Source: Centroscyllium fabricii (Eukaryota). Taken from it: DNA of 64,000 nucleotides. The position numbers were made by a program, and so were the translations under genes. Below the pieces are notes generated by a model, which worked only from the letters and a program-made list of their open reading frames with translations, was not told the DNA's origin and ran no database searches. This document shows positions 25,741 to 38,800 of the stretch, piece by piece (within the stretch, counting starts at the first letter, position 1; every line of letters starts with the position of its first letter). The stretch lies in contig JBNRSN020000004.1 of the NCBI GenBank assembly GCA_051313645.2, forward strand, positions 85,374,001 through 85,438,000. The letters are read 5' to 3'.

Positions 25741-28199
25741 CGATACTGGTGTATGCATATCATGATTGCACCATACCTTATTCCCAGCTGCTTTCAATTG
25801 TAGATGTCAGAGTGAACAGATTTGATTACCGGTGAACAGGGAGGTTCGATTTAAGTATTGGGTGTTACTTAGCGTCCCCTCTTGTTTTAAGGAGTGAATA
25901 TAAAGGCAAGTCGATAAGCACAATCTTACACGGCGCCTGTTTTGAAACCATTTTCTTTGTCTATTTTGTGGTGTATTTATTGGAGGTAGTACCATAAGCT
26001 ATGTCCAGAAAACTAAAACGTAGAAACACATTTGAAACATTTAAAAAATAGCAAAGGGATTATGTGTAACGTTTTAAGTTTCAAAAGATTATTCTAGAGA
26101 TCCATTTCCAGTTCTACTGTATTGCAATATCCTGTTTGGCGGAGAGCTAAGTACAAAGGGAACTTATTTTCTCAAACGGGAATATATATTTGGAACGATT
26201 CACTGGACAGGGTAGTAAAGAGATACAGCTTGGGGTTGTTCAAAATAGAGTTGGCTGCAATGATGAGAGGGTTAAGACTCGAATTATATTTCACCTGTAG
26301 TACAGGCCCAGCACTGAGAGAGGGCTTTCCTTTAGGGGATCTCACACTTGTTGGCTTTAGATGGAAATCTGACTCGGGAGTTGGTCTACCACTTTTGTTG
26401 ACGCGCACCCGAAATCATTGGTCATTACGTAAATGTTGGAGTACTATTGCTACTAGATTAACGAGATTTAATTGATGTATAGCATTGTCTCCTCCATGAC
26501 ATCTCATCTTGTTACATACCATCTCCATCCTCTTTCATTTTTATGACATTCAGTACTAAGTCATGGCGCTTCTTCCCTTATGAAAAACCATAACATCGCC
26601 ATAGTAATTTATTAGGGAATATAATTTTATAGAAATACAATGTTAGTATTAACCCTTCTCTAGCTTGCACAGTGAGGATTATTTGATTACATCAGCAATT
26701 GTGAAAATCTTTCATAAAGCATCGACATTGTTTTGGATGTGTATACTCAACACGCCAAGACTGTATTGGACGAGTTTTGTTGAATTTACAAAATTGTAGA
26801 TTGTTATTGTTACTGAAATATATCTGCAACCTCGGACCATACTTCCTCAAACACTAGCATATTCGGAAGAAATAGGAAACATAAAGTGAAAACTAAGAGC
26901 TTATGCAAAATCATTAACTTTAATTGACCTTATAAGAAAATTAAAGCACGAGTTGTATTGTGCTTTTCCAATTTGGGGGCGGAAATAACTGTAACGTTTA
27001 CTTGCCGGTTTATGTACAATATCAGCGACAGTAGAACAGTGCCAAAATACAGACAAAAGTACTGCCTCGTGTTTTCCTACAAACACAATTTGACCATCAT
27101 AGAGGAGAAATTGTTACCAAGCCCCTGTAGAGACGGAGTTTGGACCGGCCACGATTAAATAAGGCTAACTTAGACAATCATTGTTCATGTGTAGGTGTAG
27201 ACAGAAGTAGATAAACGGATGATAATGTATCGTGGGACGTCTTATACCTTTAAGGCATCACTTAAAACAATATGACTTAATACATAATACCATCAAAGAG
27301 TAAAGCTACAATATCCTTTGCAATCTATCTATCTTCTTATAGTTTAAATTTACCAATACATTGTCCCCAAGAAGGCCATTAGAAAGTCAACTCTAATCAG
27401 CAGCGTTGAATGTGAACCTACTACAATGCCAAGAAGTTAACATGAAAACGGAAGCTGTACCTCTCATTTCCCCAACACAAATTAGTTTGTATTATTATAA
27501 TGCACACCTTTCACTGCTTCGAGTTTACTTCCATCAAAACAGAAAAAAATGTAGCAGAAGAGATCTTTGCAAGAAAATCATATTTATAAATCTGATTTGT
27601 ATGATTATCGACAGTTGATAATTCTAGTGTAGAAAATTACTCCTATAGTCATATGTAATCGTTTTGATGGAAGCTACCCTTTTCAATTACCTGAAGCTTA
27701 TTACTTATGGGCCTAGTGTTAATTGCTCTGTGGTGGTCCAAATGTTGTCAGTTGAGTGTCTGAGATTTAATTTTTATTTGCTATGGGATGAAAACGTTGT
27801 GTGTAATGTTCTTAAACTATTCTGTTTAAGATGTTCAACCATAACCTTTTAATAAAAATGGCAACTAGTATCTAAAAACAGCACTGTTAGAAAATTCAAA
27901 AATCTTGAACTTTAAAGGTATAAATAGATCTTTACCAACACTGTTCTCTGGCATGGGTTGCCAACACTGTTCCCTGGCATGGGTTGAACAGACAATATCA
28001 GGCTCAATGCTGACCAAGATTCAACCTATGACAGTATCAGTGGAAAAATCCATTGCAAATAAGAGGAACATTAATTTTAAAATATAATTAAAAGTATATT
28101 TAAATCTTTAAATATTACAATTTGAACAAGAGTTCATTGGTTGTCTAATTTAAAAAGTTTGCTAATAGTAATTCAGATGGTGTATTCAATTTAAATGAA

Positions 28200-29257
28200 A
28201 ACAATGAAATGAATATTTCAAGCAAAACATTTATATATAGCTTAATACACATTATTTGCCTGTGGTAATATACAGGGGTGGAATTCTCAAAAATAATTAT
28301 TTGAATTCTCAGGGGTAGTATGTGCCTAATATATAGTATATATATTTTTCATACTGAATATATTGGATGTTTGGCATCCATATGTACATACTGCACCTTT
28401 GAATTTACTTAAGCATTTCTGAGATCCAGAAATTTAATTAGTCAGTGGAATCACCATATATAGTAAATATTATTGTTTTACAGGCAATTCAATTACTTCA
28501 TACCCATTTTAGGTATTAAATGATAAATCATTAAAACAATTTTATTTCGGGTTCATCAATTCAGTACTTTCTTATAGTATGTATACTAATGCTGCAGGAA
28601 AACATTAAACAACCAAAGATGTCAACATCTACTGTCAATCAGTTTTCACAGTGAAATGGCTACAAAGAATACATCTTTCTAATTTTCATTTCTCTTAAAT
28701 TCCTTTTCAGTGGGTGTCAGTGAAATATCACTAGCCTTTTATATTTAATCTGTACAGCCAATATCACAATGCCTATTACCGGCAAATTAAAAGTATGTTG
28801 ATATACAGATATAGTAAACTTCAATTCGATTAAACAGAGTTATACAAAATATCTTCCAACGTTTACATCTTTACAATAATGTCCCACTCAGCTTTCCTTC
28901 CTTCATTTCCCATTCCGTGAACATGGTCTCCTTTACAGTCAATGAGACATTAAATCCAACGCCATTAGGTGTAAATATCCTCAAATCTTTACAGTACGCA
29001 TTTCAGTGATGTAGATCCTTTATTAATTTGCATTCCCAGAAACTAGAAAATTGTCTTGCAGAGCAAAAGGTGTTGTCACATCCATTTATAGTAAAGCCAC
29101 ATCTTGTGTCTTGCTTTGAACCAAATGTACAAGTCACTACAAAGTAGTGATGTTAACGATGGTGACAATGCTAAGCATTCTCTATATCTATATATTATCG
29201 CATGGTATGAACAGGTCTTCGAATATATTTATTGTACCATCTATTTGGCAAATACTG
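28200..29257 (-). other. BMI1: BMI1 3'UTR (distal end approximate)
   Basis: AU-rich, repeat-free sequence after the stop codon. Candidate AATAAA at plus 29019-29024 and 28541-28546, miRNA seed cluster at 28645-28658, Pumilio element TGTACATA at 28381-28388. Confidence 0.6.
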
Positions 29258-29584
29258 TCAGCCTGATGATGCTGATGAGCCATTGACAGATGATTTGCGT
29301 GCTCTGTTGTTGCTGAATGGGATCTGATGGTTGGTATTAGGGTTGGAGGAGCCATTCATGGTAGTGGATATATGAGGAAAGTGTGGATGTGGAGACTGCC
29401 CTGGAGTACAGGGACTGGGCAGTGAGGATGATGTGGATGGTGCAGCAGCTGGGCTGTTAGCCTTGTCACTCCCAGAGTCACTTTCTAACTCTCCACTGGT
29501 ATTATTTAATCCATCTTGTTGATGACCAATCTTAATTCTTTTGCACGTTGGCCGCACTCGATATTTTAAAGGAAGTGGTCCATT
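29258..29584 (-). CDS. BMI1: BMI1 last coding exon (327 nt to TGA)
   Basis: [25 protein letters not shown]...[15 protein letters not shown]...[11 protein letters not shown]. Confidence 0.97.
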   Translation of the reverse strand, partial: NGPLPLKYRVRPTCKRIKIGHQQDGLNNTSGELESDSGSDKANSPAAAPSTSSSLPSPCTPGQSPHPHFPHISTTMNGSSNPNTNHQIPFSNNRARKSSVNGSSASSG

Positions 29585-32500
29585 CTGAAATAAAATGTTA
29601 GATACATTAGTAAGGATTGAAGGTCTGAGATTAAATTTTCCTTGACCATTAGAATAGGTAGATTGGACTTACCCTCCTCCATGTGTAAATGTAAGCAATA
29701 TCCATAAGAGTGTAATAATCTTTCAATGGTTCATCTTCATACATAACATCAATCTAAAGTGAAAAGAATAGATGAATAACATATATATATTAAAGATAGT
29801 AGTATTTACAAAACTGCTTTATTTGATCATTACAAAATATAACACCTCTCAGAACTCATTGTAGGTTTATACAAATAACAATGCACCACTGTAAAGAATG
29901 AAACAAGCAAAATACATAAGTTCACATTACACTACAAGTTATATGCATTGTTTTAGTAACTCGTAGTAAGTCGCAACAACATATAATTGAATCCAACAAA
30001 ATTAAGTAACTATGAATATATTTTGAAGCCAGATGAGAAAATGTAACCTGCCTTTGAGTCATGAATGATTTACTTGCCAGGATTGACAAGAAATAAATAC
30101 AATTTGTCAAACTTGCAAATAACTACTGTGTATTTATCCCTCCATTCACAAGCTCTCATTGTCCCATTCTGGTTTGTTTTTTTGTTACATTTGTGGTCAG
30201 TAGAAGCTCTTCCCTATCTCAATGATTAGATCGTTCTCAACACCACAGATGTGTTTGATTTTTTAAAATATTTATTAAAATTGGATTGCAGTGGTAAACT
30301 TTTTAATGAGTTCAAAAGTGTTCTGGATGGGACAAATGAATAACTTTGAAAACATCTCCAGCAACACCTTGAAGTACCTTACATTTATTAAAATAAAAAA
30401 AAGATTCAACTATCATTTTTAAAATTCCATTTCACCTATCATTTTTAAAATTCCATTTCACAATACCATTTGTGCTGTAGTAATAAAATATACCCCATTC
30501 AAAACTGTATGCATATAATTTGTGTGTGTGCGTGTACAGGGGCCTCCAAATCTCTTTACATACAATATTTCAGAGCTGTATTGTGGTAGAATAAATAAAT
30601 AAATACATAGTTGAATGCTCTTCCTCCCAAACAAAACCAGTAAGGAAATAAAAATTATTTTTAATATTAGGACATAACACAAATAGTTTCCTTCTCAGAT
30701 GGAACCCTATTTATTCTTTATTAGAAATCATCATCCCTCTATAACTTTAATAAAGTGTAGCTCAATGTACCTGGAAGGTATGAGGGATGTCCATTTTACT
30801 CCTCAGGAATTTTCTTAAATGCATCACTGTCATGGCTGCCGGGCACCGCAAATATCGCTTGTCGTTCATCTAAAGAGAAAGAAAATCAAGATTTGAAATA
30901 CAGTGGCATTGCATTTGTTGATAAAGTGAATATTTCAGTTACTTTAAAATTAGTAGCAGCCTCGACTTTATAAATATGAGACTTCTTTCTATTTAATTAG
31001 TTCATCTTTGCTTGTTTAATGCCAGCTAAAATTAAGTATGTTTGTGCAAAACAGATAAATGTAAAGGAGTCACAGTTGACCATAGTTATATCACCTCATC
31101 TTTTGTCTTTTCTTTTTCTGCAGTTCCTTTTCGTTCAGTCCTGTTATACAAGACAGTCTCCATTTATTAATAAGAAAAAATGCAAAATCAAAAAGGTTTT
31201 TGAAACAATATACATATTATTTTGTATGATCACTGTACTTACTTATTTTGTTCATAGAATTCTATTGACAAGCTAATGATTTCATCATCTGTTATAATCC
31301 TCTTTTCTTCTTCTGTAACTTCTCCCCTGTCTTCATTCGAGCCATTTGCTGCTGTACAATTTTGAACATTAAAGAAGCAATGATTTCAGAATATTTTCAT
31401 GTACTTGGAGCCAATTAATCAATGCTTCAATACTAATTTAGAACATAAATCATCAGAAAATATAATTATTTCCTGTATTAAGTGAAAGATTAACTTTGCC
31501 ATACTGACAATGTTGGTGGGAACTCTAAAGGAGTAACAGCATAAAATTATCCTGATATGTACCAACAGAAAAATTTAAAATGTAACACAGGTGTGGGCCT
31601 AAGCAAAATAGTCTCTAATGCAACTATAAATTCATTTTTATCTGATTAGACATAGTTATTAAATGATAGCAACAACTACACTCTAAAGTCAAGAGTTTTC
31701 AAAACTAAAAACTATTTACAAAATGTATAACAAAAATTACAGTGCAACAGATGCACCACACTGACATAAATGCTGAAAATCTTTTAAAAGTATCACTTTA
31801 CTATTTTGTGAAAATAATTGAAAAATTTCTGCTGGTGACGAAAACCTGTCCTTTTTCAAAAATATTCTAGTATTATGTTTGTTAGGGAAAAAATCACTAC
31901 ATTTTTGTAGCACCCACTAACCAGCAGCAGAGGGATGGGCAGCATAGAAATCCCTTCTACGTTTCATTTCATCTATAAAGACAAAAGCCGATTAGTCACC
32001 TAATTGACAAGAAAGAGGAATTCAATTCAAATGTAAATTTGTCTTATAAACAGACTACTGTGCTTACCTTTGAAAAGGCCAGGAACTAATTTATACACAA
32101 TATCTTGTAAAGTCTTATCTGACCTAAAAAGGATTTAGACAGAAGTCAATTAATTATCAATCATCATCACAACAGTCATATTTTACAACACTACAGAAAG
32201 ATTTTATTCCACGTCATTTTATTCCACATAGTATTCATCAATACCACTTCCATCTACACAAGTAATAGAACTACTTTATGTGAATGCCAAATAACTGTTC
32301 ACTTTATTTGAACACAACAGTATTCCAAAATGCAAACGATTTCTCACTTTTGGTCCTTTACATATGCTGTTGTTCATTAAATTATAGATATACAGGTACT
32401 ACACAAGTGGAGCTATGTAGTCTGTAAACACTCATTTTTGGTGAAAAGTGTTCACTTAACAGGAATTTATAAGGTTTATTCAATTGATAATTGATTGCTT

Positions 32501-33910
32501 ATGTAGTTATTAACTGGAGCAACTAGATATATATCTGAGTTTTCAATTTCAGTTCTGGAGATGTGTGTATTGATTAACTGGGATGGAACTATTTGTATTT
32601 TTAGAGCAGATCAGAAAAGTATTGAGCCTTGCATCATGATTACTCATTTATACATATTATCCAATCTATAAATGTTTTAAATATATATTAGATATATTTT
32701 GCAATGCCACAGGAACATTTTCTACCACATATTCAATATCATTTTCTTTTAGTTGAGTAATAATAGAACTAAATTTAGTGAATCAAGTTTGCCATGGTTT
32801 TGTCTAAACTTTGTAAGAACTGGCAGGATAATGCCTGTGGCACTGTTCCATGCTTACTTTAGACTGTAATTGGAGATTTTTTTCCATAAAATGTTTCAAA
32901 TTAGTAAACCTGATTGATTGGGCAACTTGAGCAAAAGGTGCTCACTTTAACAAAACTTGCAGCAAATTTGTTCAGTTATTCTTTTTAATTATCAGTTAAC
33001 ATAACTAAAAAAGGCAAACATTTCCAAGTTCAGTTCACTCAGCAGGAACAGCCACCGACTGTACAGTATTTCTAAAAGAGTGCTGAATATTATCACGGAG
33101 CATTACATGATCTCAATTCTTGGAGCTACTACCAAAGTTTTCCAAATAACCCATTCTGTTTTGATACAAATACACAATTTGAAAAACACCCCATTCTTTA
33201 TTCAATTATTGTCAACTACTTTCAAATGAGAAGTTTAATACCAATAAAACAGAATTACCATTTTCTGAGATTCCAGTTTACAAAATATCCATAGTAAGTG
33301 GGTATGATAAACGTTTAATAAAGCACATTCATTATCTTCAAGTAGTACTGCACTATAGGCCCTGCAGTTTAGCTATAGTGTGTGTAGTTTGATAATTGTA
33401 TTTTTGTCAATCTAACACATGTATCAGCTCCGTGTCGTACAGTAGTTACAATCACACTTCCCACACCAACACATTTAACGGTGCAATCAAACATTATGAT
33501 CACTAAGTACACGGATACATACCTAATGTTAAGCAGGGGCCTAGTTTTGTGAACTTGCACATCGCAAATAGGACAGTACTTGCTCGTTTCCAAGTAACGG
33601 ACGATGCAGGTCTTGCAAACTGTGAATAAAAGCAGGAATCGTGTGCGGTTATACATAAATCGGCTGCAGTGGTTGACGTGGTAACAAGAAACGGTCTGTG
33701 ACACCTTTGTTGATATACGTTAATACTTAATAGTGCTGTTTTCTCATTCCTAACATAAGTAAGGGGCCTGCTGAGCTGCAGCCTGTCAGTATACTTACAT
33801 GAATGTAGACACTCAATGATGGTTGTTGCATCTATGAAGTATCCTCCACACAACACACACATCAAATGAGGATTCAGTTCTGTTATTTTGATTCGTGTTG
33901 TTCGGTGCAT
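29258..33910 (-). CDS. BMI1: Polycomb complex protein BMI-1 (PCGF4), complete spliced CDS, 325 aa
   Basis: Exons 33799-33910, 33523-33619, 32068-32123, 31922-31972, 31243-31351, 31095-31140, 30771-30869, 29673-29753, 29258-29584 sum to 978 nt. All introns are GT-AG and phases are consistent. Translation [57 protein letters not shown]... (RING), RAWUL region, Pro/Ser tail ending [13 protein letters not shown]. Confidence 0.98.
29673..29753 (-). CDS. BMI1: BMI1 coding exon 8 (81 nt)
   Basis: [27 protein letters not shown]; TAG acceptor, GTAAGT donor. Confidence 0.97.
30771..30869 (-). CDS. BMI1: BMI1 coding exon 7 (99 nt)
   Basis: [33 protein letters not shown]; TAG acceptor, GTACAT donor. 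Confidence 0.96.
31095..31140 (-). CDS. BMI1: BMI1 coding exon 6 (46 nt)
   Basis: [15 protein letters not shown]; CAG acceptor, GTGATA donor; length keeps the frame between the flanking exons. Confidence 0.9.
31243..31351 (-). CDS. BMI1: BMI1 coding exon 5 (109 nt)
   Basis: [37 protein letters not shown]; CAGCAG tandem acceptor, GTAAGT donor. Confidence 0.95.
31922..31972 (-). CDS. BMI1: BMI1 coding exon 4 (51 nt, contains the KRRR nuclear localisation signal)
   Basis: [17 protein letters not shown]; TAG acceptor, GTTAGT donor. Confidence 0.96.
32068..32123 (-). CDS. BMI1: BMI1 coding exon 3 (56 nt)
   Basis: [18 protein letters not shown]; TAG acceptor, GTAAGC donor. Confidence 0.96.
33523..33619 (-). 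CDS. BMI1: BMI1 coding exon 2 (97 nt)
   Basis: [33 protein letters not shown]; CAG acceptor, GTATGT donor. Confidence 0.97.
33799..33910 (-). CDS. BMI1: BMI1 coding exon 1 (112 nt, start codon)
   Basis: [37 protein letters not shown]; donor GTAAGT. Confidence 0.97.
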
Positions 33911-36900
33911 TTTCTGACTAAAATGGCCGCGTTCTGAAAGCTGAACAGAAATAAAACGCGCGTGTAAAAGGGATAGTTTATTTAATTCTGGAGTTCCACT
34001 CCAGATTAAGTTTACTGGCTTGGTTTATTGTAACTGGCCCACATTATAAGTAGGATACAATCATTGAGCTAAACAACTGTTCGTATCCACAATAGCAAGT
34101 ACAATTTTTTAAAACCACAATGATCAACAATTTATAATTTCTGAAACATTAACATTGTTCGCGCGAAGTATCATGGAATCAATATTCTGGCATTTCTTGG
34201 CCCTCGGTTGACTTAGTCTTAATTGGCAAATTTGTAAAACAAAACCGCTTTGTAAAGATATTGCTAGCTCCAAAGCTAAGAATCGCTTTTACTGAAATAC
34301 TGACAAGCTGAAGCACGGGAGTTGTATGTGAAGAGTTGTAAAAACCGGACTGAATGTGCCAAATCGCACCCAATTAATGCAAAGTGGCGAATCCATTGAA
34401 AGGCACAGTGAATCATTTTCGTAATCAAACAGACTTTATGATCTTCTGCAGACCACCTTTCCTCTGACCTCCACGGTGATTAATAATAAAAAAAACACGA
34501 ACCAACCACATGCAGGTTTATGACAATGAATTTTTGAATAGCACTCCCGATCGTTCTTGCTGCCTTTGTTTCCTGCATGTTTAAGCATAACAAAACCGCC
34601 TTTTCTAGACTTTACTTCCAGATACAAGGCGGCTGTACCAAAACACACTTCTTTCCGCGAAACCCACATGCCTTTGGGCTCATATTTACGCCGTTTTCAG
34701 ACGCGTCTGAATAGGTGAAAATTTGTAATAGGACAAAGCGACCATGTATTTAACAGAACACTTTTGTGTTACAGGGATCGTCGCATCTGGATTTGCAATC
34801 ACGCGTTTTATGCCTGACATTAAACCGACAATTCTATAGCCCCGCGTAAAGCGAAACAGGAAGAATTGTGTTCTATAAAGCCATTTCCGGCAATTACATG
34901 TTCGTTGGAAATATTTTAATGAACATCGGGGTGCAATGTGACGCGATGCAGATTACACAAGCTGACCCGTTACAAATTTAATAAATAAAATAATGCTCGT
35001 GTAGTACACGAGGACCATTCTTAATGATCAAAAAGGCAAATTGACGTCTGCTGGTGCCCATACTCGGCAATTCTTGCAGTTACTATAGCAACTTGGGTTA
35101 CACTTGGCATTTTGCCAAAGGACCGAAAATAGAGCGAGCTTCTGTGGGGGAACCACGGCGGTCATGTGGAAATATCGCAAATTTAAAACCGACAACGCAA
35201 TCACGATCGGAGGACGATCTGAGCAATCTAAACATGCAAATCTCACCGCCATTTCAAATGAGCCCTGACACAGCGCACATCATCGTTTTTTCGGCTCTCC
35301 TTGAGATAGTCTCCACGTCGACACTAGCTTTAAGTAGTGGCTTTTGTGATCACACGATTTTCTTCTGCAAAACGCCTCTCTCCTTTCCAGATCGGCGAAT
35401 GGGTAGCTGCGATTCCCCAACAGAGGATCACTTTGATAGAGAGCACGCCTATTGATTAATAATTAATTAACAAGTGATCAGGAAAAAAAACCCACACAGG
35501 AATGAAGATTCAGCGTCTCGCCAAACTTTGTCGGGTTTGTTGCTCACAGAAAACGTAAAAAAATAAAAAAGGAAACAGTTTGCTATTCTTAAGAAACCAG
35601 CAAGAAACTGACAACATGCAAATAACTATGTGACGCACAGAATTCAGAACGAGCCAGGCAGGGCAAACAAACAGCAGACACTGCCGGCCAGAGGGGAAAA
35701 AGTGATTATTTGTCGCACTTATTTACAGTACCTACTACAGTATATAGACTGTTAAAATAAATTAATTCATTACAGTTCATGTATATTAGGTTTAGGGACG
35801 CAAATTTTACCCACAGCGCCGACGCGCGACGTTTCGAAGTAATCAAACTACAACATCAGGTCATAAACAATCAGCATTTCTATATTTTTTAATATATTGC
35901 AATTGGCGCTGAGACACACGCGATACAGACTTCAGTGGACTTCCAGTCATTACGCCTTCAGGCAGTCTAAGGCAACAGACTGAACTCACTGCTGGCTCTC
36001 CGCTTATTTACTGGAGATTAACCGTTTTTTATACGGATGTCCTGACTCCACTCGTGCCCCGAAATCTCACAGCAACAAGCACCTTGTTTTCTCATTTAGT
36101 TGGAAGACACGGGAATCGCGCGAAGGTTTATCCATCCGTCTGCAGTCCGCGTGTGGGCTTTCAGCGGACTCTCACTATCAAGGTAGCGGCGAGCCATTCC
36201 GCGAAAGAGAGAGAGATAAAAGGAAAATAAAAACAAACCACGTGTTCCAGTCTCACCATCAGGCTCGTGATCGGCCCCTCTTATCAGAGTCAGATCAACA
36301 GGACGGGTGTGGATTTAGCTGATCAATAGATTAACTACTTCATCTGCGAAACCTTCATCAAGGACAGACAACTCCACCCTGGTATATATATATATATATA
36401 TCCATGTTTTATTTCACATACCCGTGGGCTTCCGTTTATGCTGGATAATTCATTTCAGCTGTGGAACTTTGTGTCTCCCTGATTTATTTTTTAAGCCTGA
36501 TGTTCTTTATTATCAGCGGGGTAAACAATTAACCTTTATGACATTGTACTCACACCATCCCGAAGCAACAAAGAAACCCATTTCAAAGCTGCATAAAGTA
36601 CAAAAAACAACGTATACTGTTTGACACATGGATCTTCAAGATGCTGTATGAGAAACAGCACCCATATCTCAACAATGCGTTTAATATTCCAGAATATCCA
36701 ACAGTGGCACTGAGAAAAAGTACGGTCTACTGCAATATAACCAGCTGTGCATGTATATTACAAAGAAATCTAAAATCAGACCCAATCACACCATCGCCGC
36801 CACCACCGACACACAAACACCATTTCTGAAAACTACATATGTTCTGAGCTGTAGTTCAGATTTAAATAATTAGGTTATTAACTAAAATAACGTTTGTCCC

Positions 36901-37949
36901 AGCTACAATCAATGATCCGGGTAAAGGGAGCACGGTCATTTGGACTGTTTAATTTGCTTTTAATGGTCATACTGATTGGGAGCAACCATACCATTAGAAG
37001 AGAAACAACGTTTTTTTGTCTACATAGAGCTCTTAGCTGTTCTCAAATTCCTGTTCCCAGTACGTTCGCTATAGTACATCACAGCAGAGACCACTCTGTA
37101 ATATTAACAAAAGCCTATCTGGCGGAAGGGACAGGTTTGGAAACACGTGTGTGTGTGTGTGTATACTCTCATGCAGTTTCAGTTGTCCTTGTCAGTTGCT
37201 GCTTGCTTGGAATAAACCAAAAGGATTTTGCTACCAAGGCCATCAATGGCCCCTTGCTCCATATACACTCTGTATCTCCAAGCAAAACATAATCAGGTTG
37301 TATAGCAGCTCTTCACCTCCCCCCTTCCCCACCACGACCACCATCTTCACTATTAACAACAACAAAACAACACAGAACTGAAACAGTACACGCCGCCAAC
37401 ACGTTCTCAGAATCCGCTCTAAAATCTAACTGGACAAAAAAGGGGGAAACACTCACTAACTCCCAGTCATACCCAGAGCCAGCAAACCTCGTGCTCTGCC
37501 TGGAAAATCATTGCTGTCAATCTGATACAGTTCTGGTGACCAATTATAGAAAAGTAGAACATGTCCACAAAACACGCATGAAAAGAACATCGCATCGTCT
37601 TGATAGTCGGTTATGACAAAGCTTTGCATGTTTCTTGTTTGTTTATTTGCTTCTGACACCACCAGCACTGTGCGGGGATACGAGGGGCACCGCCACCGAC
37701 CGCCATGTTTACCGTCCAAATCCGAAGAAGTACTCTTAAGAACTTAAGTTCAGAAAACACACCACACTCGACCTTTCCCCCAAACAGTCACACAAGCACA
37801 TTCCCTACCCTGTGTGGATCTTAACTCTATAAAATCGTTCCACTGGGTGCCCCGTTTGATGTCAAAATATACCTTTGTATCCGAGTTGACTAATAACGCT
37901 TCGGTGGTGCAGCAGCACATTTCCACCGTGGTCAAATTTCAAAGAAATC

Positions 37950-38800
37950 TAAATAAAAATCAGCGACACTTCGAGCCTCCCAACTTGCAACGATCGAAAG
38001 TATAAATATTATTCCGTCGATGCAAACGGGCAGAAAGGTCGCAGACCCGAGCGCCGCGGAGTATCGAACAAAAATTTTGCAAATGAAGTGCGTAACGAAA
38101 CTGAGTGGAAATAAGGAGGGCGACGAGCCGCTGTCAGCCTTAAGAGCGAGAGGAGAGAGAGAGAGGGAGAGAGAGAAAAAAGAGAGAGAGAGAGAGAGAG
38201 AGGCAGCACCGGGTACATTTCAAACAGCGAAATCGGCCTCAAGCCGCGGCCGGGATGTACCTGGCAGATCTTTTCCAGACAGTCCAATCTTGGAGAGACT
38301 ATACCCGGGGCCCGGCGACTCCCGGCCACAGCCTGCACCCCGCGGAAAACAATGAAAGTTGTAGATCAGGGGGAAAAAATGAATCGCAGCCAAGCGGCCA
38401 TCTTGCATGAACTGCAGACGCTGTCAATTGCAATCGCAGAGGCTGCAGCTTAGCGAGAGAGAGAGAGAGAGAGAAATAACATTCGTAAACGCCGGCCCTT
38501 CACAACCCTCGCATCCACCCTGGCAGGACCCGACCCGAGCCGCACTCTTGCAATATTTGTTCAGCCCATTCTACCTGGTTCCGAGGCGGCGGCGGGGGCT
38601 TATTCCCGGTGGTAGAAGTTGGAGAGCGGAAAAAAAAACCCACCCCCGAAGCCCAGTGATGGGTGCCGTGAAACTGACACCGTCCCCAAAATGGCTCGAG
38701 TTCGACCGCCCCGCTCCGTCACGTGGTCTCATTCCTTAAGGGTGGCCTGGGAATTAGAGTCGGTGTAACCAGAGCCGACCCCCCCTCCCCTCCCCACCCC
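37950..38800. promoter_or_regulatory. BMI1 CpG-island promoter with E-box, GC box and YY1 motif
   Basis: High CpG and GC content. GTCACGTGG at 38718-38726 (E-box 38720-38725), CCGCCCC at 38706-38712, GCGGCCATCTTG (YY1) at 38394-38405, (GA)n tracts near 38146-38202 and 38455-38474. Confidence 0.8.
38261..38600 (-). other. BMI1: BMI1 non-coding first exon (5' leader; start approximate)
   Basis: Minus-strand ATTGACAGCGTCTGCAG..CAAGATGGCCGCTTGGCTGCGATTCATTTT..AACTTTCATTGTTTTCCGC resembles the mammalian BMI1 exon 1 as I recall it. Candidate donors are CAG|GTACAT at 38261/38260 and CGG|GTATAG at 38305/38304. Confidence 0.7.

Noticed and set aside
30410-30460. Short tandem duplications here and at about 21751-21775, 44167-44211 and 57888-57920
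   Set aside because: Two-copy local slippage duplications without spacers; no CRISPR-like or functional pattern.
33503-33910. 135-aa and 111-aa ORFs in the ORF track that look like truncated BMI1 proteins
   Set aside because: They are two real exons read through into intron. Splicing at canonical sites restores full-length BMI1.
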